Positions 59,718 through 64,000 of a stretch of DNA of 64,000 nt are shown here, piece after piece. Source of the DNA: a virus. Lineage: Duplodnaviria > Caudoviricetes. The DNA lies in the IMG/VR virus record IMGVR_UViG_2728369500_000003, positions 1 to 64,000 of that record, one strand, 5' to 3'. Every line of letters starts with the position of its first letter. The stretch's first letter is position 1. Under the pieces are notes generated by a model that was not told where the DNA came from, searched no databases, and saw only the letters and a program-made list of their open reading frames with translations. The translations under genes and the position numbers were made by a program.

Positions 59718-61133
59718 ATGGCAGCAAATTATCTTCACGGGGTAGAAACACTCGAAATGAAACAGGGCACCAGGACCATACAGGTGGTCAAATCGGCCGT
59801 AATAGGTCTGGTGGGTACTGCCCCGTCGGGTGAAAAAAACACCCCTATTCTGGTGAATTCAGAGAAAGATGCAGCGCAATTTGGAAGTACAATATCCGGA
59901 TTTTCTATTCCCGGAGCTTTAGAGGCTATTTTCAATCAGGGAGCCGGAACAGTCATCGTGGTCAATGTTTTTGATCAGACCAGACATACCACACCGGTAA
60001 CCGATGAGTCGTTGAAAGTAGAAGACAGAGCCCTTAAATTAACCTACCCTCCCCTGGATACGGTCATCATAAAAGATGCTGACGGAAACCCCGCAGACTA
60101 TGTGCAGGATATTGATTACAGCATCGATCCTTTTGGAAACTTCAAGGCATTGACTCCCCGTATTGCAGATGGAATATTTATCAAATTTTCCTACAAAAGA
60201 CTCGATGAAACTAAAATTACGGCCGGCGATATCATCGGGGAGATCAACCCCGCAACCGACCAGAGAACCGGACTCAAATGCCTGGAACTTGCTTACAATC
60301 TTTTCGGGTTTTCTCCAAAAATTATCATTACCCCTACCTTTTCCGATGACAAGACCGTGGCAGCAGAGCTTATTTCCACCGCTGAAAAACTACGGGCCAT
60401 ATGCTATTTGGATGCTCCCTATGCCACGACCGTGCAACAAGCCATTGAAGGTAGAGGACCAGAAGGAACCATTAACTTTAACACCTCCAGTAGTAGAGCA
60501 CAGCTCCTGTATCCCATGCTCAAAACCTATAACACACAAGCCAATTTAGAGGAATTATTTCCTTATTCAGCCTTCCTGGCAGGGGTGAGAGCTAAAGTGG
60601 ATCATCAAGAAGGCTATTGGGTGTCGGATTCCAACCATGAAATTAAAGGAATTACAGGAATTGAAAGAGAGATCAGTGCCGGTATCTCTAATAGCAGCAG
60701 CGATGCTAATCTTTTGAATGAAAAAGGAATTACTACCGTATTTAATTCCTATGGCACCGGGTACAGAACATGGGGAAACAGAAGCGCAGCATTTCCTACA
60801 GGTACAAGTCCTGATAACTTTATCGCCGTAAGGAGAACAGCAGATGTGATTAATGAAAGTATTGAACAGGCATGCCTGCAATTTGTAGACCAGCCCATCA
60901 CTCAGGGATGGATTGACACCGTCAGGGAAACCGTGAACGCCTTCTTAAGAACTCTCCAGGGGCGCGGAGCCATCATAGACGGGGTATGTAAATATTTGCA
61001 AGAAGATAATCCCCCAACACAGCTGGCACAGGGACATGTAACATTCTATGTCGACTTTATGCCGCCAACACCCGCAGAGAGGATTTCCTTTACTTCACTG
61101 ATCAACATTAATTATCTAAGCTCTTTAAAATAA
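59718..61133 (+). CDS. Tail sheath protein
   Basis: Homologue of 13591..15006. Confidence 0.95.
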   Translation: MAANYLHGVETLEMKQGTRTIQVVKSAVIGLVGTAPSGEKNTPILVNSEKDAAQFGSTISGFSIPGALEAIFNQGAGTVIVVNVFDQTRHTTPVTDESLKVEDRALKLTYPPLDTVIIKDADGNPADYVQDIDYSIDPFGNFKALTPRIADGIFIKFSYKRLDETKITAGDIIGEINPATDQRTGLKCLELAYNLFGFSPKIIITPTFSDDKTVAAELISTAEKLRAICYLDAPYATTVQQAIEGRGPEGTINFNTSSSRAQLLYPMLKTYNTQANLEELFPYSAFLAGVRAKVDHQEGYWVSDSNHEIKGITGIEREISAGISNSSSDANLLNEKGITTVFNSYGTGYRTWGNRSAAFPTGTSPDNFIAVRRTADVINESIEQACLQFVDQPITQGWIDTVRETVNAFLRTLQGRGAIIDGVCKYLQEDNPPTQLAQGHVTFYVDFMPPTPAERISFTSLININYLSSLK

Positions 61134-61139
61134 TATAAA

Positions 61140-61664
61140 ATGGCTCAAAAAATCAAAATCGGAAGACTCACCAACGCCAATATATATGTGGATGGAGGGA
61201 GCCTTTTGGGGCGTGTTGAAGAATTTCAATGCCCCACCCTTACTTTCAAGCAGTCTGAACATAAAGCCTTAGGAATGAATGGTACCATAGAATACTATTC
61301 CGGCATCGACAAAATGGAAGGTTCCATGAAATGGACCTCTTATTATCCTGAATTTTTAAAGAAAATGGCCAATCCATTTAAGGCCGTAAGAATTCAGGTA
61401 AGGGGAAGTTTGGAAGAATACCAGGGCGGAGAAAGAATAGCACAGACTCCTGCCGTTGTTTTCCTTACCATTCAACCAAAGAATTTTCCCCTCGGAAATT
61501 TCCAGCAGCATGATAATGTCGAACTTTCCACAAATTATGGATGTACCTATGTCAGACTGGAAATTGGAGGAGAAGTCATTACGGAAGTAGATGTAGAAGC
61601 CAATATCTTTAAAGTCGATGGAGAAGATCTGTTAGCCGCTTACAGACAAAATCTGGGGATTTAA
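61140..61664 (+). CDS. Major tail tube protein
   Basis: Identical protein to 15013..15537. Confidence 0.92.
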   Translation: MAQKIKIGRLTNANIYVDGGSLLGRVEEFQCPTLTFKQSEHKALGMNGTIEYYSGIDKMEGSMKWTSYYPEFLKKMANPFKAVRIQVRGSLEEYQGGERIAQTPAVVFLTIQPKNFPLGNFQQHDNVELSTNYGCTYVRLEIGGEVITEVDVEANIFKVDGEDLLAAYRQNLGI

Positions 61665-61732
61665 TCCCTTTTATTGTCAATATCTGTTTTAGCGTTTTTT
61701 ATCCTTTTATAACATTGGTTTAAGGAAAAGCT

Positions 61733-61779
61733 TGTCAAATATTTGGCAAGTTTTTTTTCTGCTTTCTTTCCTAGTTTTG
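61733..61779 (+). promoter_or_regulatory. Putative late promoter (tail chaperone/tape measure)
   Basis: TGTCAAATATTTGGCAA, 22 bp, TAGTTTTG. Confidence 0.65.
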
Positions 61780-61797
61780 AGCTTTAAACAAAGTATT

Positions 61798-62148
61798 ATG
61801 AATAAAGAAATTTTCCCAACAGAGCCCAGCGAGGATGGCTTTTTCTACCAAAGTGAAGAGGAGAAAAACAGCGGCATATTAACCCGGAAATACGACAACG
61901 GAAGTGAAGTAAAACACCTTGAACTCAAGGATGGCCGAAAAGCTTCGGTGAGAAAGCTCAAAGGCCGGGATTTTGTCGAAACCAAGAAAAGAATGCAAAA
62001 CGATCCTGCCGGTGATTTTGAAACCATCAATATGAGTGTTGCTACCACCATAGAGGGGAAACAGCAGCCCCCGGAATTTTATCTCGATGATCTCTTCCAG
62101 GATGATTATGCAAAACTCATGATCGCGTTTTCTTCATTAAATTTTTAA
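61798..62148 (+). CDS. Tail assembly chaperone
   Basis: Identical protein to 19289..19639; slippery heptamer at 62139-62145. Confidence 0.8.
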   Translation: MNKEIFPTEPSEDGFFYQSEEEKNSGILTRKYDNGSEVKHLELKDGRKASVRKLKGRDFVETKKRMQNDPAGDFETINMSVATTIEGKQQPPEFYLDDLFQDDYAKLMIAFSSLNF

Positions 62149-62291
62149 TAGGGCTCAGGGAAATAGCCTTTACAGCGCACTTCTATGGCATATCACCATT
62201 AGAGGTAGAACAGTGGTACAGCCGGGAGATATACCTTTATTATAGAGAAGCGGTAGCCATTCATAATACCTTAAACTCTATCGAAGAATGA
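62139..62291 (+). CDS. gpE'-like -1 frameshift extension
   Basis: Same reading frame as 19630..19782. Confidence 0.75.
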   Translation, partial: KFLIGLREIAFTAHFYGISPLEVEQWYSREIYLYYREAVAIHNTLNSIEE

Positions 62292-64000
62292 ATCATGCAG
62301 CAACCGCCGTAACCCTTTTACTCAGAGCCGATATTTCAGGCGCAGAGTCCGCCATCAGACAACTTGACAGATCTTTCTCCGGCACATTAAGCAGAATCAA
62401 TGCACAGGGACAATCCTTGATCAATAAGGGGAAGAAAATGCAGGAGGCAGGCCTTTCCAACATGGCCGGAGGTGCTGCCATGCTCGCTCCATTAGGTTTA
62501 GCCGTAAAACAGTCCATAGAATTAGAATCAAAAATTGCCGATGTGGCCAAGGTAACCAATGATGATTTTGGAAGTAAAGGGTTTGCTGAATTAACCCATA
62601 ATGCCATCGCTGTTTCTAATCTATACGGAGGGGCTGCTACCAGTGTAGCAGAACTCATGGCCGAATTGGCAGCAGGAGGCGTGGCCAAAAAAGAAATTGA
62701 TGGAGTGGCCAGGTCTGCCAGTAAGATTTCTTTCGCCTTTGACATGGCAGCAGGTGAGGCCGCCAAAGGCTATATGGTCATTAAAAATGCCATGGGCATT
62801 ACCCTAAAAGAAACCGATGCCGTAATGGATGCCATGAACGCCGCCACCAACAAATTTGGAGGTAAAGCTTCCAATTTAGTGACTTTTATGGCCAAGGGCG
62901 GAGCCTCTGTAGCCAGTACATTAAAAGTTTCAGGAACTCATATGCAGGCCTTCGGGAATGCCCTGCAGGTTGTAGGACAAAGCGGTGAAGAGTCCGCAAC
63001 CATTATGAAAAGATTCCAAAAAGCCATCATGGGAAATAAGGAGCTAAGCGCTATGTTTAATAAAGCAGGCGGCGGAGCTAAAGGACTCATCGCTATTTTG
63101 GAAAAAGCCAAAGCCAGCGGAAATGCCTTTAGCTGGCTCAATAAAAGAGATGTCGGTGAATACAGTAACGCTGTAGCTCAATTAGCAGCCAATATGGATA
63201 CAGCAACCGGAGTCAGAAATCAGCTCAACTTTCTCTCTAAAAATTCCAATGTGACAGGCAGTGTTCAAAAAGAAGCCCAGAACCGCTTAAAAACAACAGG
63301 TGCACAACTGGAAATCCTAAAGCAGCAAACCATCAATGCCGGTATTAAAATAGGAGGCGCTTTATTACCCTCCCTAATGAAGCTGGCTCAGGCTGCAAAA
63401 CCATTCATAGACAACCTTTCTAAATGGATAACAGAAAATCCTAAATTAGTAGAGGGTATTGTAAAAACCATTGCAGCCATTGCCGCTCTAAAGATAGGAG
63501 TCGGCGCCTTACAATTTGGACTTGGCAGTACGATCACCACGATAGGAAAATTTATCACTGGCGGAAGTAAGGCCCTAGGTGCCATTTCTAAGTTTTCCTC
63601 AACAATAGGACCGCACATCGGTAAAACTTTCACCGTAGTGGGCAGAGTTTTTACCGCCATAGGACCCGCCGCTATCAAAGCAGCTATGGGTCTGGGAAAA
63701 GCATTCAGGGTTATTGGGATCGCTTTTTCAGCAGTATCAAAATTACTCATCGCAAATCCCTGGATACTTGCCATTACAGCCATTGCAGCAGGTGCATACC
63801 TTATTTATAAAAACTGGGATAAGATCTCCACCTGGTTTTCTAAATTATGGACCAGGGTAACCGCTATTTTCCGATCCTATATTAAACTCATAACAGCCCT
63901 GCTCATAAAATTTACGCCTGCCGGACTGATCTATAAACATTGGGATAAGATAAAAGCATGGTTCTCCTCACTCTGGGGCACTCTAAAAGAACTCTTTAAT
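62288..64000 (+). CDS. Tape measure protein, truncated by the window end (not in the ORF track)
   Basis: Collinear with 19779 onward. Confidence 0.9.
   Translation, partial: MNHAATAVTLLLRADISGAESAIRQLDRSFSGTLSRINAQGQSLINKGKKMQEAGLSNMAGGAAMLAPLGLAVKQSIELESKIADVAKVTNDDFGSKGFAELTHNAIAVSNLYGGAATSVAELMAELAAGGVAKKEIDGVARSASKISFAFDMAAGEAAKGYMVIKNAMGITLKETDAVMDAMNAATNKFGGKASNLVTFMAKGGASVASTLKVSGTHMQAFGNALQVVGQSGEESATIMKRFQKAIMGNKELSAMFNKAGGGAKGLIAILEKAKASGNAFSWLNKRDVGEYSNAVAQLAANMDTATGVRNQLNFLSKNSNVTGSVQKEAQNRLKTTGAQLEILKQQTINAGIKIGGALLPSLMKLAQAAKPFIDNLSKWITENPKLVEGIVKTIAAIAALKIGVGALQFGLGSTITTIGKFITGGSKALGAISKFSSTIGPHIGKTFTVVGRVFTAIGPAAIKAAMGLGKAFRVIGIAFSAVSKLLIANPWILAITAIAAGAYLIYKNWDKISTWFSKLWTRVTAIFRSYIKLITALLIKFTPAGLIYKHWDKIKAWFSSLWGTLKELFN

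Larger units (their letters stand above)
42004..64000 (+). mobile_element. Prophage 2, close relative of prophage 1; right end outside the window
   Basis: att, repressor, cro-like gene, antirepressor, replication, terminase, portal, capsid, sheath, tube and tape measure, in the same order as prophage 1. Confidence 0.95.

Noticed and set aside
42048-64000. Assembly duplication of prophage 1
   Set aside because: Different replication modules, cargo, early genes and many synonymous differences argue for two real elements.
1-64000. CRISPR array
   Set aside because: No regularly spaced repeat-spacer series found.
49109-64000. GGCC avoidance in prophage 2
   Set aside because: GGCC sites are visible in both prophages and I could not count them reliably; an observed/expected calculation is needed.

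Overview
AT-rich Bacteroidota (Chryseobacterium/Elizabethkingia-like, inferred from gene content) region made entirely of two related prophages in direct tandem. Both have lambda-like packaging genes (GpA terminase, lambda-type portal, fused protease-capsid) and a P2-like contractile tail. Prophage 1 runs from 1 to about 42047; its repressor end lies left of the window. Prophage 2 starts at about 42004 and is cut in its tape-measure gene. The junction is the 3' half of tRNA-Thr(GGT), next to a tyrosine integrase. The two share near-identical morphogenesis genes but differ in their cro-like genes, replication modules and cargo. Prophage 1 carries an antisense trypsin-like protease / EcoRI-family methylase / DUF262-HNH insert, a Dam-like methylase and a four-gene RHS/Tc-like toxin module. 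Prophage 2 carries an antisense HaeIII-like R-M pair at a different site. The most unusual signals are: (i) both antisense inserts are bounded by integron attC-like half-sites with GTT-core junctions, although no integron integrase is visible; (ii) both inserts end next to a palindromic motif, TTGTCAAATATTTRGCAA, found five times exactly 22 bp upstream of a Bacteroidota -7 box; (iii) prophage 1 has a frameshifted portal, an ATA start on gpX and no recognisable lysis genes. All family assignments come from motif recognition by eye; no database was searched.
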